DNA from: Camelus dromedarius
Taxonomy: Eukaryota
Reading direction: 5' to 3'
NCBI RefSeq assembly: GCF_036321535.1
Contig: NC_087437.1
Coordinates: forward strand, 8,742,001 to 8,806,000
Length of the DNA: 64,000 bases
This document shows positions 12,721 to 27,375 of this stretch, in pieces (the first letter of the stretch is position 1; each line of letters opens with the position of its first letter). The position numbers and the translations under genes were made by a program. A model generated the notes under the pieces. The model was not told the origin of the DNA, searched no databases, and worked only from the letters and a program-made list of their open reading frames with translations.

Positions 12721-15049
12721 ATTTCAGGATTCCACATGAAAGAGGCTGGACTTAGGGAAAGACCTCAGCCCATGTATGAGATTGGAATTCTTTCTGAGTA
12801 ATCGGGGACAAGACCAGTCACAGTTCTGGAAAAGTATGTCAGAAACTGGGGGAAACCTGAACTCCCCAGAGCACTTAGCTGCTTAGGGCTCACCCCAAAG
12901 GCTACCATATACTATGCTCATAGCCATGCAACTAACCTCAGACTTTGCCTGCTCATGGGGGTGGTGTTCTTAAGATCTTGGCTAGATTGGTTGGGGTTGG
13001 ATGAAGGAAGACACTCATTATTAATATGTTTAGCCTCAAGGGCTCCATCTGAGTGGGCAGAGGAGAAAGGGAGCTGTTCAAATTCCTGATCAAGCATCAG
13101 TCAGCAAGATGTTGTCTGGGGACTTACAGGGGTTGGGGGCTTTATGACCAGAGAGTCTGGTTTTGGAGAAAGGACTTGAATTTATGCACATTTGGGCTAG
13201 ATGGATACTAAAACACCATTCAACTTGATTCCCCGATTCCACACACAACAGAGAAGTAAGCCTAGCTCCGTTGACGCCGTTTATTTGCCTTTGTGGTTCC
13301 TCTTTACCCTGAGGACTTAGCCGATACTTCAAGACAAATCATTTCCTAAGCACATAAGCAGGAGAAGAATTTCTTTCTCCCTCTTTTTTCCTTTAGAGAG
13401 ATACAAAGTGACCTACAACACTTGGCAAGTACCCGGTTTCTGGCACAAGGTAGATTCAGAGAGATTTTGAGAACAGCACAATTCGGTCAGTTGGGAATGA
13501 AGAACAATATACTTTACAGAATACCTCAGAGCCAGACAGGAAAGGAGGCGAAATGGAATAGCTTGTTGATCTCCTTGGTACACACGGCTGTGCTCAGAAC
13601 AGATACCAGGAGGGCATGGGTCTGAGAAGATAAGGCTCCTTTCCTTTTTTTGAGCAGTTCTATTGTGAAGGCAAGGTCAGAAACGCTAATAAAACAGTGA
13701 AAACCTACGTCAAATTGTACAGACCACAAGGGCTTGCTTCTCGATGCTAATTAATGTTATCACAAGAGGTGGCTAAAATGAGAATCTTACCCACTAGTAA
13801 ATTAATAGGATATGCTGAAACAAACCACAAGGGAGGAATTGCCTCTGCTAAAATAGTATAAAAGAGATTGCCACTGGCAAATGGTTCATGTTAAAAGAGT
13901 TTTCTACATTATGTATAAACTCTAAGAGATATGACTTACAGTATGCCATGAATCTTTAATTGAGAGAAAGTCATTTGCACAGGACACAGGGTGATGGCAA
14001 ACCCATATGTCCTTTTGTATTATCCATACCGAATGTTGATTGTGAACAATTTGAAAGGAATACGTTGCATGGATTATCATCCTGCAATGAAATCAGTTCT
14101 GCAACATATGCGTCTACATTTGCTGCAGAAGTCAGCACATTCTCTCTCTCCTCAGAGTTGTCACCTTTGACTGTGGTCTAATTGCTCGCTGCAGTTCCAT
14201 GGGACTCAAACTAGGCTGATTCATTGATGTAATTCCCAGAAAAGCCAAGAAAAATCTATATGAATGATTTTGGAAGTGAGACTTAACTTTTTTATTAAAA
14301 ATTCGATTTTTATTCTGTTTTCCTAAAAAGTTGAGAAGTGGGGAGAAGAAGGTCTGGATAGGATGGAGAAAATGAAAAGAATGCAAACAAAAGTAATATT
14401 GAATGGAAAAGAAATATGTTGAGAGGCTGATACAGCAGCTCACAGATTGAGTCTCAGACCTGAAACTCTAAGGTGTAGTTAGGTAAATATATTAATAACT
14501 TTCCATGCTCACAACCTATAAACCCCATTCATTAGCAATTAAAAAAAGATATTAGCATATCCCTCTCTATTGTCTTCTCATTGTCTCAGAAACCGAATCT
14601 ACGGGGTCACATCCTTCCTAAGGTGTTTATGTCTTTTGTTTGTTTACCTTATATAACTAACCAGCCAACTAAATTCTATCTATTCTTTTGTTGTCGTTTA
14701 AATATTCTCTGGTCATGCCTTCTGTCATTATCCTTGACTTTGCGTTTTTATCTTTATGGAAGTCGTCACACATTCTTTTTGTCAGTTTTGATCAGCAGCT
14801 GCCATTCCTCATCTTAACTAACTTCTCTTCTGTTTGTCAGGATCTTACCAGATCCTATAGCTTCTGTATCTAACGCTCTTGATTTTCCTCCCAATTTCTT
14901 TTTTCTAGTTTTTGACTTCCTAACTGGAAGTCTATTTTTTTTTTTACATACTTTTAAAATATTGGAGTCCTTTAGCTACATAATTTCCCTAAAAACTCCT
15001 GAAATCCTGTCTTCAGTTATTTGTAAGAGACTGATGCCACCTCAGGTTT

Positions 15050-15990
15050 TTGCCCCAGACAAAACCATTACCTGCCCTTCAGGCTGTCTTCAGATCAGAT
15101 TCACCTGGACCATGCTCAGGCGTCCCAAACTCAGCTTGTCCCAAACCAAGCACGCTGTCTTATCCCCATTTTGCTTATTCTCTCAGTTCCAGAGCTAAGT
15201 GGCTGCTCCATGCTCTACTCAATTTCCTAAGACCCAAATCTCAATGTCATCTATGAGACCCTCTTCGCTTTACCTTGAACATCCAATATTTTACATTCTG
15301 TTGATTCTGCACCTTCTAATTATGTCTTAAATCCATCCATTTCTCCCCATTTTCATAATATACCTTCTCTCACCTAGGTTTCTTCAATAGCATCCTGTAT
15401 ATTGCGCCTCTAGTCTTGCCCAAACTGAAAAAAAAAAAAATTAAAATATTCACACTGCAGAGTGATCTTTCTAATATACAAATCTAGACTATGACATTGT
15501 CCTGCTTAAAACCCTCCAATGATCCCCATCATCCTCAGAATTAAGTTCTCTGACATTGACTGCAAGCCTTCATTTTTTGTCTGCTGTTTAATTTTCTGTC
15601 CTTTGGTCTTTTTCTTACTCCTTCCCTGAAAATTCAGTCACTGTGAATTTCTTAAAATTCTCCAAATATCCCATATCTTATCCATTGTGCATGCTCCTCC
15701 CTCTTCCTGGATCACTCTGCTTCCTTTTTCTCTTCCTTCCTCTCTACTCTTTGCCTGATTCGTTCCTGGTCTGGCTTCATTTCTTAGCTTATGTGTCATC
15801 TCTGATCTCTGTGACTGGCACAGCAGGTTCTCTGTATCAACTTTGTGCTTACTCATCTTATGCTATATCATAAATTTCCTACTTTTTCATCTAATTCCTC
15901 TACTAGATTTGGAACTCCCTGCATCCAGGGAGTGTGCGTTTCTTTGGTGTTCAGTTTGGTAGCCAATACATGTTTGTTGAATGAGTAAAC
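15050..15990 (+). mobile_element. L2 LINE 3' fragment
   Basis: cagagtgatctttctaa...cctgcttaaaaccctccaatg; ends with the L2 tail aatacatgtttgttgaatgagt. Confidence 0.8.
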
Positions 15991-16259
15991 AAAAACAGAG
16001 TTCTAATTGATCAGGTCCAAGTTCCATGGGTACTACTGGAATCTTACCTCCCATATCAAGTCATCTGCACTTACAGTTGGAATCTAGAATTTATCTGTAA
16101 TGACTCTGCCTTCCTAATCCTATTCCGTTCCCACTACTTCCTGACACACCATAAGAAATATTGAAGTAGCTGATCTGACATGATAACTGAAAATGAATTC
16201 TAGCCTCAACTTGTCTATGACATACTATTCTCTGACAGGGCAGAGCCATAGTATCTTCA

Positions 16260-19200
16260 GTCTTTTTTTTATTATGACACATACAATATTTGAGAGTATG
16301 TGTACTTTATAGGAACATTTTAAAACAATAAAGCAAAACTCCATGGATCAACCACATTGCTCAAAAATTAGAACATTATCAGATCTTTTAAGACCCTGTA
16401 GGCCTCCCTCCGACTGAAGCTCACTTCCTCCTTCCTCAGATGTAACCACTAACCCGACTTCCATGTTTATGCCATCACTTCACTTTAACTTTTAAATATA
16501 TAAGCAAAAATCTTTAAATATTATTTAGTTTTTCATGAATGGGGTATTTATTTGAGTACAAACATTAAATGTATTCTTTCATGACTCTTTATTTTCAGTG
16601 TTATGTTTCTGGAATTCAGCCATGAAGGAGCTAGAGTTTATTTATTTTCATTGTTAAATAATTTCATTAAAAACATATTTTGTATATACAAATGAATTTA
16701 TATATGTGAATTTACATGAATTTATATATGGTTCTATAATTTGTTCCATAATTTTCCTTTCTTACAATGTTCTTCCCCTGTTCTAATATCTGTTGTTAAT
16801 CTCACACAGTGAGTTGGAGAATATGTTCTTTTTTTCCTTTTTCCCTGAAAAGAAATCACTTTTCTGCTCCTTGGACATTGAGCTCATCTCTAGAATCATG
16901 TGGATCTGGTGTTTTCATTTGGGATAGCTTTCAACTACAGATTCTATTATTTTAATGATTACAGGACTGTTTAGATTCTCCATTATATCTTGAGTCAGTT
17001 TTTGCAACTTATATTTTTCTGGGAATTGGTTCATTTCAGAAGTATTTTCAAATTTATTTGCATAAGTGGTTCACAATATCTTTAGTAACTTTTAATCTCT
17101 GCTGTATATTTTTGTGTCTACACTTAAAATTAGCCAAGGGACTTATTTATTTTATTAGTCATTTTCAAATAGTCAATATATATTTTTGTTTGTTCACTCT
17201 ATCCATGAAAAACAATTTCATTATTTTTGAATTTATTGTTTATTTTCTTTTGTTTTATTCTTGACAAAGAAATTATTTTTGCTTGTCTAATATCTTAAGT
17301 TGGATGCTTCACTCATTGATTTTTAGACTGTTTTATTTTCTAATATGTACTTACAAGCCTGTACATTTTCTTTCACATACTATTTCATATCTCACAAGTT
17401 TAATACATAGTATTTTTCTTACGGTTCAGTGCTAAATATTTTCTTATTTATACATTTATCTATTCTTTGACATCAAAACTCATTATCTAGAAGTTTCCTA
17501 AAAACTAACTTTAGAATTGAAATTTTTGAATTACTAATTATAATAATTATTCATAATCATTAGAATTATTAAAATAATTAATTGTGAACTATTCAGAACA
17601 TATTACATCATACTCAGAGAACAGAGTCTTTAGGATGTCAAGTTTTAAACACTCTGATAAGGTAAAGGTGTGGAATATGATCTATTTCAGACAGTGATGC
17701 CAAGTGGTTAGACCTGCTGTTGCACGTGACTTTGAGTTCAGCCCTGTTCATTGTTCTGTTTTAATGTTCTAATTCTTTGTTTGAGTAGTTTGCCTCCAAT
17801 TCTGACATCAAATTTGTTTCTTTCTTCTTGCACTTGTGTTAGTTTTACTTCATACATTTTAACTATGTTATTACGCTCATACAAGTTGGAATATTCCCCT
17901 CAGCTCCTGCAATGTATTAAAAGTTTTATTAACTTGTGTCTTCTTTATCTCTCATATTTGTTGCTTTAATATCACTTTTCCCACATGGCAGTAAAGCAAA
18001 AAGAAGAGACTTATTTTCCCATTGTTGTCATGTACCCAGCATATCTTTTTCATTACTTTACTTTGAATCCCTCTGTGTTCTTTAGGGTTACATGTACTCT
18101 TGTGAAAAATATGTAGATGATTTTTTAAAAAATTTCAGACTGAACATATTTCTATTTTCATGGGAGATATTATATCATTTTATTTTGATTTTGATTATGG
18201 ACTTTAAAAAGGACTTCTAAAATATTTTCTGTGCTATTTCTTCTGTTTTTTTCTAATTGCTTTTTCTTGAATTTTAAGGTTGGTTGAGTTTGTTGTTACA
18301 ATGATTGAGCTGTGTTTATTATTTAATATTTTCTGTATACCTACAGTATACATTTTTAGTAGTCATCTTGGAAATTTTAATATGCGTATTTAACTTATAA
18401 AAAATAGGTGAAGTACATACCTCACCATTTTTTTAAAGTAAGAACCTATTGCTGAAAGGTTTACTCAATTTTTTTTGTTTAAAATTGTCTTTAGTTTTTC
18501 TTACTCTTGAAAGAAAATTTTGATAGGTACATAGAATGCATTTTGAACGTATTATTTTCACTGTTTTCTAACATCCAATATGAAATCAGTGGTCAAATGG
18601 CCAGATTTACTGTTTTACAAATTGTAGGTTTACTGTTTTAAGGCTTTGACTGTTTTATTTTTTTAAATTTTTGTAAGAGGTTGGAAATACATGAATCTCT
18701 TTTTTTAATTGATGTATAGTCAGTTACAATGCTGTGTCAACTTCTGGTGTACTGCATCATGTTTCAGTCATACATACACATACATATATTTGTTTTCATA
18801 TCCTTTTCGTTTATAGGTTACTACAAGATACTGAATACAGTCCCTGTGCTATGCAGTAGGTCCTCGCTGTTTATCTGTTTTAAATATAGTAGTGTGTATT
18901 TGCAAATGTCGAACTCCCAGTTTATCCCTTTGTACCCACTTCCCCCGCTGGTAATCATAAATTTATTTTCTATGCCTGTGAGTCTGCTTTTAAGCTCCTT
19001 TCTTTCTCAGTTCTATTATAAATACATGTGGGTTTTTTTTTTTTGTATTTATACTGTTGGACATTCATGTGCTTCCTTAATCCAAATTTATAAGTATTTA
19101 TGCAATTGTGTTCATCAGTTTAGAAAAGTTCTCTTCATCCCTTCATATATTTCCTCTTCCTCTTTTTCTCTCTTTTCTTTCTCTGTAAGTTCAGTGAGAC

Positions 19201-19900
19201 GTGTGATAGACAAAACTATTCCACCCTTCTTGTTTTATAACTTCTCTATTTGCCTTCATTTTGCCTTCTGGTATATTCTTTTAACATGTTTATTTCTATA
19301 TTCCAGTTCCCTAATAACCTCTTAGTTTGCATCCAATTTGCTGTTAATCCAATTCATTGAGTTTTTACACTCTTCTCATTCTAAGAAATTCTGTTGGTTT
19401 CTTTCTCAAATGGGCCCATTTGTTTTTGATTGCTTTTAGGTCTTGGCATTCCTTTTTATAACCTCGTTTTTTAAATGGTGTAAACATATTCACTGTTCCG
19501 CATCTGAACAATTTTGTGTTTATAGCCTGTGTGATCTGATTTGTTTGTTTGGATTTTTCATTGCATTATTTTCCTTCATATGCTATCAGTACAGTAATTT
19601 TAAGGCCCAGTTTAAGTGTGTTTCTCCAGGGAAAATGATTCTTTCCTTTTCCAGCTTCCTAGAGGCTCTGCTTCTGAGCATCACTTCATTTAAATTAACA
19701 TTCTTCTCTTGGGACTTTGAGGCATCCAAGTGGTATAGACACTGGCCTCTGACCAGCAGATAGCTAGAGATTCTCAGGGAAGGTTTTCTTTGTCTTGACC
19801 AAGAGATAAAGTAGGCAAGTAGTCTCACTTCTTTCTCTCTCTTCAAACCATCCCCTGACCCTCAAGATGCTGAAGGTATTACTTTTTAAGGGTCCTGATT
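16260..19900 (-). mobile_element. Fragmented old L1 (L1ME-like), antisense
   Basis: Long T-rich stretch with diverged antisense L1 phrases (cttgagtcagtttt...ttatatttttct..gaattggttcatttca; ccaatttgctgttaatccaattcattgagtttt). Boundaries approximate. Confidence 0.65.
18700..18990 (-). mobile_element. Short, younger L1 3' end nested in the older L1
   Basis: ttttttaattgatgtatagtcagttacaatg...ggttactacaagatactgaatacagtccctgtgctat; same 3'UTR type as 22471-23275 and 47567-47902. Confidence 0.85.
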
Positions 19901-22254
19901 TTATGTCTTTGTGTGGGTATATTTGATTCCAACTTCCAGGTAATTCAGGACCCTAAAATTTGACTTATATCCCCAAAGTTCTTTAAATCCCAGTGTATAA
20001 GCCATGTTGAATGGACACATGCTTTCAAGGTAAATACCAGATTAGCAGTTGCTCGCTTCTGCAAGATTTTTCTCTTTCTTGGACTTTCTAATAGCCCATG
20101 AAGCTTTGACCATGCCACCAATTCATTTGAAACCTCTAAGTGTCATGCTTTTTCACCTTAAAATAAAGGAAAGTTAGAGTAGATCTTCTATATTGTGACT
20201 AAAATATTTTTTTCAATAATTTTAGGTATGGTTTTTCAACAACCTTCAAACAATAAATTTTGGAATGAATTAGCAGGTGACCTTAATTGTAAAGAGAGGA
20301 AGTTGGCATGCCAGACCTCGTGACGAGTGCTCTGGGGGACTTCAGTAAGGAGGCTGCCCTCAATGGCTAGAGCTCAATTCTTGAGAACAATTTGCTTTAT
20401 CCTGAAATGAGGACATATACCCCGTGGAATGACTTGCAACTCTGTCGTTTTATGAACAAATTCCATATGCCGGTGACAGCTAGAGTGTTGCTTCTCCCAG
20501 GTAACACCTTGCATATTAAAAGACATCACTTCGAGACACTGCCTTCACACAAAGTAGAGAGTTAGAATGTGGAAATGTCCTGCCCTTCAGCCAAACTTTC
20601 ATGCAGAGAAAGCTTCTTTGATATTATTCCAATTATGCCTGTAGGGTCAAAACAGTCCATCGGCATCAGTGCTGGGGCAGAGATGCAAAAATATCTTCAC
20701 CTGGAGCCAAGATCTGTTAACTCACTCTTTCTAGAAAAAGTGCAGCTTCATTCTTTCAACTATTTTCAGGAATTAGTGACCAGAGTCAATAGAGTGCCAA
20801 AAAGTATTCTCCCCGTGTTGGTTCATAGAAGAGCATTTAAAAATAATTGAACTGAAGGATTAACATTGTAATCATTGTATTATCTCCCTTTACTGACCTT
20901 CAGTAAATGAAACTACTTTCTTTGCTCTGTAAAGATAGGCAGTTTCCCTCCCCAGCCTGATTAGCACAGCGCTGATCAACAGCTGGGAATGAATCAAGTA
21001 CAGGGTAAATATACAAGACAGCAAGCGATTTTTAAGCTCAATAGCCCATGAACAATAACTGTAATTAAACTCAATAAAGAACAAGAAAAGAGAAGAGACG
21101 CAGAGTGGGAAAAAAACAAACAAAAAAAAGCACCCAAAAAAACACCACCACCACAACAGTGAAACAGCCTCTAAAGATGGACAGGAACCAGAGAGCACTA
21201 GAGAATTGGTGAAGCCACTTTGCTTTGCATTCACCATAATTGATCATTTTATATGTCAAATATGTTTTTTTCCCCCAAGGGATCTAAAGGCTGAATTCAT
21301 GGTCAATACGTCCTTGAGTATATTTCCTGGATTTTGGAGTGTCTAACAAATGGCTGGAAGAAATACAGCATACCACGTTTCTTCCATCTTCTTTTTCCGG
21401 GTAGTCATTTTAGCGGGCAATTTTCTGCATTTAATAGAAACACAGCGTCTGAAAGTATCTTTGCTGGGACAGTTTGTCATTTTCCTTGTTTGCTCCCAGC
21501 TTCTTATTCAACACGTTTGACTCTGACATTATTTATCTAGTGTTTTTCTCCCTGGTCTCATTTTCTTGTCTTCCTGTCATTCTTGGTGGGATGGGGACTG
21601 ACAAGTTCATTGATGTTTGTATAGAACCCTGACCATTGCATTTTCCAGAGGCAACATTTAGGGCACATTGAGGAGTCACAAGAAACATATGTACACAGCA
21701 GTGTGGCTTGTTTCAGAAGAATGCATGGAGATAGAAGGGTAATATGCCAATTTAAATAGCCACCTCTGTCTTATTTGTCTGAAAGGAAAAGGTTTTCATG
21801 TTTCTGATTTCTCCCTGCAAATGTGTCTTTCCCAATGTAAACTTGGTCAATTTCAGGATATCAGAATTCAGAATAATCCAGCTGCAGCTAATGGAGTGTG
21901 TGAGAAAGATGTGACCAGAAATCAATTCAATGCCGTGCAAAGGGTGACTGACCCCATTTTGTTCATAAGCAGTGGGGACTATAAACCTGCTTTTCTCTTT
22001 TGTGAAGTAAATCAAATAAATTGAGTCAAGTCATTTTAAATTAGTCAATGATCATCTCTTTCTGATGTGGCCGTGACATTAGCAGAAATGATAGTGAAAG
22101 GGATTCAATCCAAACGGAAGACCGTCTGAACCAGAGAGTATTTTATTGTCATTAAATTTTCTGTTTGCAAGAGGCTGGCGCACCCCTCGGCAGTACCTGA
22201 GTAACCTCCACAGATTTTTGTCCGGCTTTTATCATCATTTTGGAGACAAGGTAC

Positions 22255-23340
22255 AACAAAAAGAGGCAGGGTTCTCAAGACTCACGATCCTAGATTTAAA
22301 TCCCTATGGGACCCATGTGACTCTAGTCAGGCTTCTTACAATCCCTGCGATTCCTGTTCCAGATATGAGGATGACAGTAACTGTTTATAAGAATTGTTCA
22401 GAGGATGCAAGATCTATATAGAAATCATCATACCAAGGAAGCAAGAGCATGTATAGTTCATATAGCATTCAAATTTTTTTTAATTAAAATACAGTCAGTT
22501 TACAATGTTGTGTCAATTTCTGGTGTACAGCATAATGTTTCAGTCATATTTGCATATACATATATTCGTTTTCATATTCTTTTTCATTATAGGTTACTAC
22601 AAGATATTGAATATAGTTCCCTGTGCTGCACAGAATAAACTCATTGTTTCTCTGTTTTATATATAGTAGTTAGTTTCTGCAAATCTCAAACTCCCAGTTT
22701 ATCCCTTCCCACTCCTTTCCCCCCTGGTAACCATAAGTTTGTTTTCTATGTCTGTGAGTCTATTTCTGTTTTGTAGATAAGTTCACTAGTGTCCTCTTTT
22801 TTATTTTTTTAGATTCCACATGTGAGTGATGTCATATGGTATTTTTCTTTCTCTTTCTGGCTTTCTTCACTTAGAATGATGATCTCCAGGTCCATTCATA
22901 TTTCTTCAAATGGCATTATTTTATTATTTTTTTAATGGCTGAGTAGTATTCTATTGTATAAATACACCACAACTTCTTTATCCAGTCATCTGTCGATGAA
23001 CATTTAGATTGCTTCCATGTCTTGGCTATTGTAAATAGTGCTGCTATGAACATTGGGGTGCAGATGTCTTTTTGAATTAGTTCCCTCTGGATATATGCCC
23101 AGGAGTGGGATTGTGAAATCATATGGTAACTCTTTTTAGTTTTTTGAGGAATCTCCATGCTGTTTTCCATAGAGGCTGCATCAAACTACATTCCTACCAA
23201 CAGTATAAGTAGGGTTCCCTTTTCTCCACACCCTCTCCAGCATTTGTCTTTTGTGGACTTTTTAACGATGCCAAACATACAGCATATTAAACATAAAACA
23301 TAGTAAATTCCTTGGCACATATTAGGAGCTCAATATGTGT
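22255..23340 (+). mobile_element. MIR split by an L1 insertion (halves ~22255-22470 and ~23276-23340)
   Basis: MIR-like 5' and core sequence precedes the L1; cttggcacatattaggagctcaata resumes after it. Confidence 0.55.
22471..23275 (-). mobile_element. 5'-truncated LINE-1 (end of ORF2 plus complete 3'UTR)
   Basis: ORF 22916-23170 gives [44 protein letters not shown]-tail at ~22474. Candidate TSD catatagcat (22459-22468) / catacagcat (23276-23285). Confidence 0.93.
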
Positions 23341-23777
23341 TTTAATCCCCAGTCCTACCCATTTTTCCCTACTTGCGTCCTAACACCAATAACTAATGTC
23401 CATCAGGCACTTTTTATGTGCAAAATATTTTACTCTCATTTAACTCATTTTTCCTCATAACAGTTTTTATATCCATTTTAGATATTAAGCCACTTTGTTT
23501 TTCATCACCACTTTGCATTCACTTTTACTATAAAGTGACTTGCCCCAGTGTGCACTGTTAAGTGTCAGAGAGATTGGAATTCAGGTTTCCCTGACTTTGA
23601 GAACCAACCTTCTTACCCACACTTTAACCTCCCTGCTTTCATAACATACCGAGGAGAGACAGCAGGCTTGCTTTAGTCAGAATGACTTTCTTTCTGCCTG
23701 CACCATGTGCTTGCCTGACTCTTGGCCTCCATGATGATGTACTGCCTCTCAGGACACCTACTGCTCTTATTAACTAT

Positions 23778-24729
23778 CTGTTGCATCTACTGCTGTGTAA
23801 CAAATTACCCCAAAACTGAATGGTTTAAAACTATTTACCATTTTGTAGTTCCTGTTGGTCAAGAATCTTGGCACAGCTTATCTGTAATCCTTTGTTTCAC
23901 AGTCTCTGACAAGCCTGGAGTCCAGGGGTTAGAGCAAGGTCTGCAGTCTCACCTGAAGTCTGAACCAGGGAAGGGTCTGCTTCCAGGATCCCTCGCTAGT
24001 TGTTGGCAGCATTCAGACCTTTATTAGCTATTGGACTGAGGGCCTCAGATCCTCACTCACTGTTTCCAAGGGCTACTGTTATGGACTGACTTACATGCCT
24101 CCCTCCCCCAGTTCATATGTTGAAGCCCCAACCCCTAGTATGCATTTATTTAGAGACAGGGACTCTAAGGAGGTGATTAATGTTGAGTGAGGCCATTAGG
24201 ATGGGACTTTAATCCAATAGGTCTTGTGTCCTTATAAGAAGAGGAATAAATATCAGGATCTCTCTCTCTCTCTCTCTTCACGTAAACGCAGAGGAAAGGC
24301 CACATGAGCACAGTGAGAAGGTAGCCATAAACACTCAGTGAGATGGGTCTCATCAGAAACCAACCCTGATGGCACCTTGATCTTAGATTTCTGGTCTCCA
24401 GAACTGTGATAAGGTAATTTTCTGTTCTTTGAGGCATTCGATCTACAGTATTCTGTTATGGCACCTGGGCAGACTGCCACAGCTCCCTTTGCTCCCCGCT
24501 ACATGGCTGCTTCCTTCATTAAACTGTGCACCCTGCAACAGCAGTAGAGAGCATCTGCTAGCAAGACAGAAGTCACAGTATTGGAAACCTAATCACAGAG
24601 CTGACATCCCCTTCAGATGACTCCACTATATCGGTTAGAAGGAAGTTACTCAAAGTGAGGAGGTTTCCCAAGGCTGCGAAAACCAGGAGGTGGGGATCAT
24701 CGGCTCCAACTTAGAAGCTGTCAACTACA
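23778..24729 (-). mobile_element. Older MLT1 (MaLR) LTR interrupted by a younger MLT1
   Basis: Begins tgctgtgtaacaaattaccccaaaact..tggtttaaaac and ends ggggatcat...cttagaagctgtcaactaca, the typical antisense MLT1 termini. Confidence 0.75.
24077..24481 (+). mobile_element. MLT1A-like MaLR solo LTR
   Basis: tgttatggactga...ttcatatgttgaagccc...ccagaactgtga...ctgttatggca...caca, with TG..CA ends. 5-bp TSD gctac (24072-24076) / gctcc (24482-24486). Confidence 0.88.
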
Positions 24730-26879
24730 CTCCCTGACCCTTAGGAAGTATGTGAGAACTTCTGCTTATTTCTGTCACTTTGGAGCTGATGGCCAATGGC
24801 AGCTCTTGAGTGCTAAACAATTGTCCCCTTCATCTGACCATGCTATCAAGCCCTCTTTGTTTACTCCTTTGGAATGATCGTATGAAGTGGTGGGGAAACC
24901 CTTCCCAGAATCTCTGCCTTGAGTCCAAATGAGAAGGGAGCTAGAAACCTGTCTACTCTGAGGATTCCTCTCCACCCATCTCATACCATGGACTTCATTC
25001 TTTATGACCTTGGCCTGGACACACAGGGTTCAGCATGTTTATCATTCCTCCTTTCCCTCTTCTTAACCTGTCAGGGCTGGAAACAGCTTCCCTTCTTTTT
25101 CCCTCCAGTTTAGGAGAAAATTCCATTTTGTAAAATCCTATGATCAAATTGAGCAGGATTACTTCTTGATATTTCAAGTGGAAGAGATATGATAGGAAAA
25201 TTAACACAAACCCTTTTTAAAGACAAATCCTAGTTTTCACTATCATCTTGCCCAAAAATTTAAAATCCAGTTGAGATGGCAGATGTCAAACCTTAACTGT
25301 TTGTAATCACGCTGTTCCTTTTGTCCTTCTCTCTTGGCATGTCCTTATCCCTTGGCCTTGAAGTAGATACAAACCACAGCACGACAAGGAGAAAAATCAT
25401 GTATAAGGAAATACTAAGATAAAAGAGCACATTGGTATTTCTGAAAACTTTATTTGTTACAAGGGTTTTCTAATACAGAGAAGGTAGGAAAGATCTATCA
25501 CCTCAGGAATTTGACTAATTCTTTGTACACAAAGCTTTTTTCTAATGAAATTGGTATGTATGTGGGACACAGCTTGGAGCAAAGCCAGACCTCTATGATT
25601 CTGGCAGTATGTAGTCATTCCCAGGCTAATAGAGGGACTCATAAAATCATAATGTCCTATTTGAATCAACTGCAGTTTCTTAATCAGTGATTAAGGGGTG
25701 TCAGGATTTTGGCAACACTATTTCCAAAAGTGTTGGAGTACTTGGCCCCCCAGGCCACATGGACATGAGCCGGAACCGCCAAGCTGCCCATTACCTGGGA
25801 CATTCACAATCGCCTTGGAAGCACGATGCCAGGGCACCTGACCAACTCAAACGACAGTGCCGCAGAGGCAGGCTGTGCATGCATTGGCCTGTTGTCTCAG
25901 GGGAGCGTGGCAGATTCTTCTGCCCAGAAACAGGATCAAAATGGAAATTATACCTTAGCAAGATCTTTGGAGGATTTTATATTAGAGACCTGATTTTCCA
26001 CTATCTACTGAGTTTCTAATTTTGTTACCTGACTCAAAGTGTCCAGAGTTCTGTTGAACTTCGGGAGCACTGTGAGGAGATGGCTCCTGGGGCTTGAGTT
26101 ATGAGTATGGCATGCAATTCCATACAATAAAGATTAGAGATTATGAATCTAGTTGCATTATGCTATAGAAATGTCACATAAATTGTTATTCTATATTTGC
26201 ACCCATGCAAATAAAATCCAGGAGAAAGTATTTGTCTTTCCTGGGATCTGGGGAATATATATATGTGCTATTTCAGACAATACTAATGTATCATGCACAC
26301 AACCATTCTTTCATTTACTCAAGATTCAACAAACGTTTGCTGAGTAGTAACTACATTTCAGGCACTGTTGAAGGCAGCAAAACCCAGGTAGACATGTACT
26401 GGACAGGAATTCTGATAGAACTATAGTGGAAATTTTTCACTTCATTTAAAACATGATTTCCTACAAGGAAAGCTCCTTAAATGGTGAGCTAATTATTTGC
26501 CAAGAAAGGAGATGGCACCTCTGATAATGTAGTTTTTTGGTGTTTTTTTTTTTTTCAATAGGAAAATTTATGTAATTATCAACACAATGCATAGTTGGGA
26601 TGGATTTTAAAGACCATTTATTTGAGCTCTGTAGAGAGTAGTAGATTCTGTGTGGCTCACTGAGAAAGATTAGGCTCAGTTTATTTAATTCTGTAACTGA
26701 TTAGGGCCAGAAATGACACTGCTGGAACAAAATCACCCTTGATCTATTATTTTCCACCCCAAATAATTCTCCTTATGCCCACAAGAGGAAGTATAAAGGA
26801 GGAAAGTCAAGATACTAAAGCTGCCAAGAAAAACTTCACCTGATCTAACTAGATAGAAAGGAAAGAGGTTTTGATGAAT

Positions 26880-27375
26880 ATTCTCCAAGGCTGACCACCA
26901 TCAACCCCTTTCCTTCTTAGGTGCACACATTCACTTTAAAAGGTAGAGTCTAATTTTCCTTCCCTTGAACGTAGAGTGGATTTGGTGACTTGCTTGAACA
27001 ACAGATGGTGGTGAAATGATGTTTTGGGATTTTCCAGGTCAAGCCATATGATGCCCTGAAACTTCTGCCCTGTGTTTCTTGGAAGGCTTGCTCATGGGTG
27101 CACCCCCTGGAACTCAAGCACCATGCTGTCGGGAGCCCATGCCACATGTAGGAGTCACGTGCTGTTTCTCTAGCCCAGCTGATCTCACCAATAGCCAACA
27201 TCAATTGTGAGTCAGCTGAGCTTTCACAGAACTCCAACCTTTCGGCCATTTGACAGAAAAAAAACCATGAAAAACCGTAAGCAAGAACTGCCAAAAAGAG
27301 TCACGTCAATCCAGAGAACATGGACGATAAAAATAAGTTGTTTAAGCCACTAAATGTTTAGGTTGTTAGGCTATT
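26880..27375 (+). mobile_element. MLT1-family MaLR LTR
   Basis: tggtgacttgctt...ccatgctgt..ggagccca.gccacatg...gttgtttaagccactaa. Confidence 0.75.

Noticed and set aside
18729..19325. 198-aa hydrophobic ORF
   Set aside because: Antisense L1 3'UTR and old L1; the T-rich composition produces the F/L/S/I bias.
21205..21234. Hairpin tggtgaa...ttcacca as a pre-miRNA
   Set aside because: The stem is too short for a Drosha substrate and I recognise no mature miRNA.
21857..21945. Possible coding exon (ag|GATATC...AAAGG|gtgact; DIRIQNNPAAANGVCEKDVTRNQFNAVQR)
   Set aside because: Weak pyrimidine tract, peptide not recognised and no partner exons. It cannot be supported without a search.
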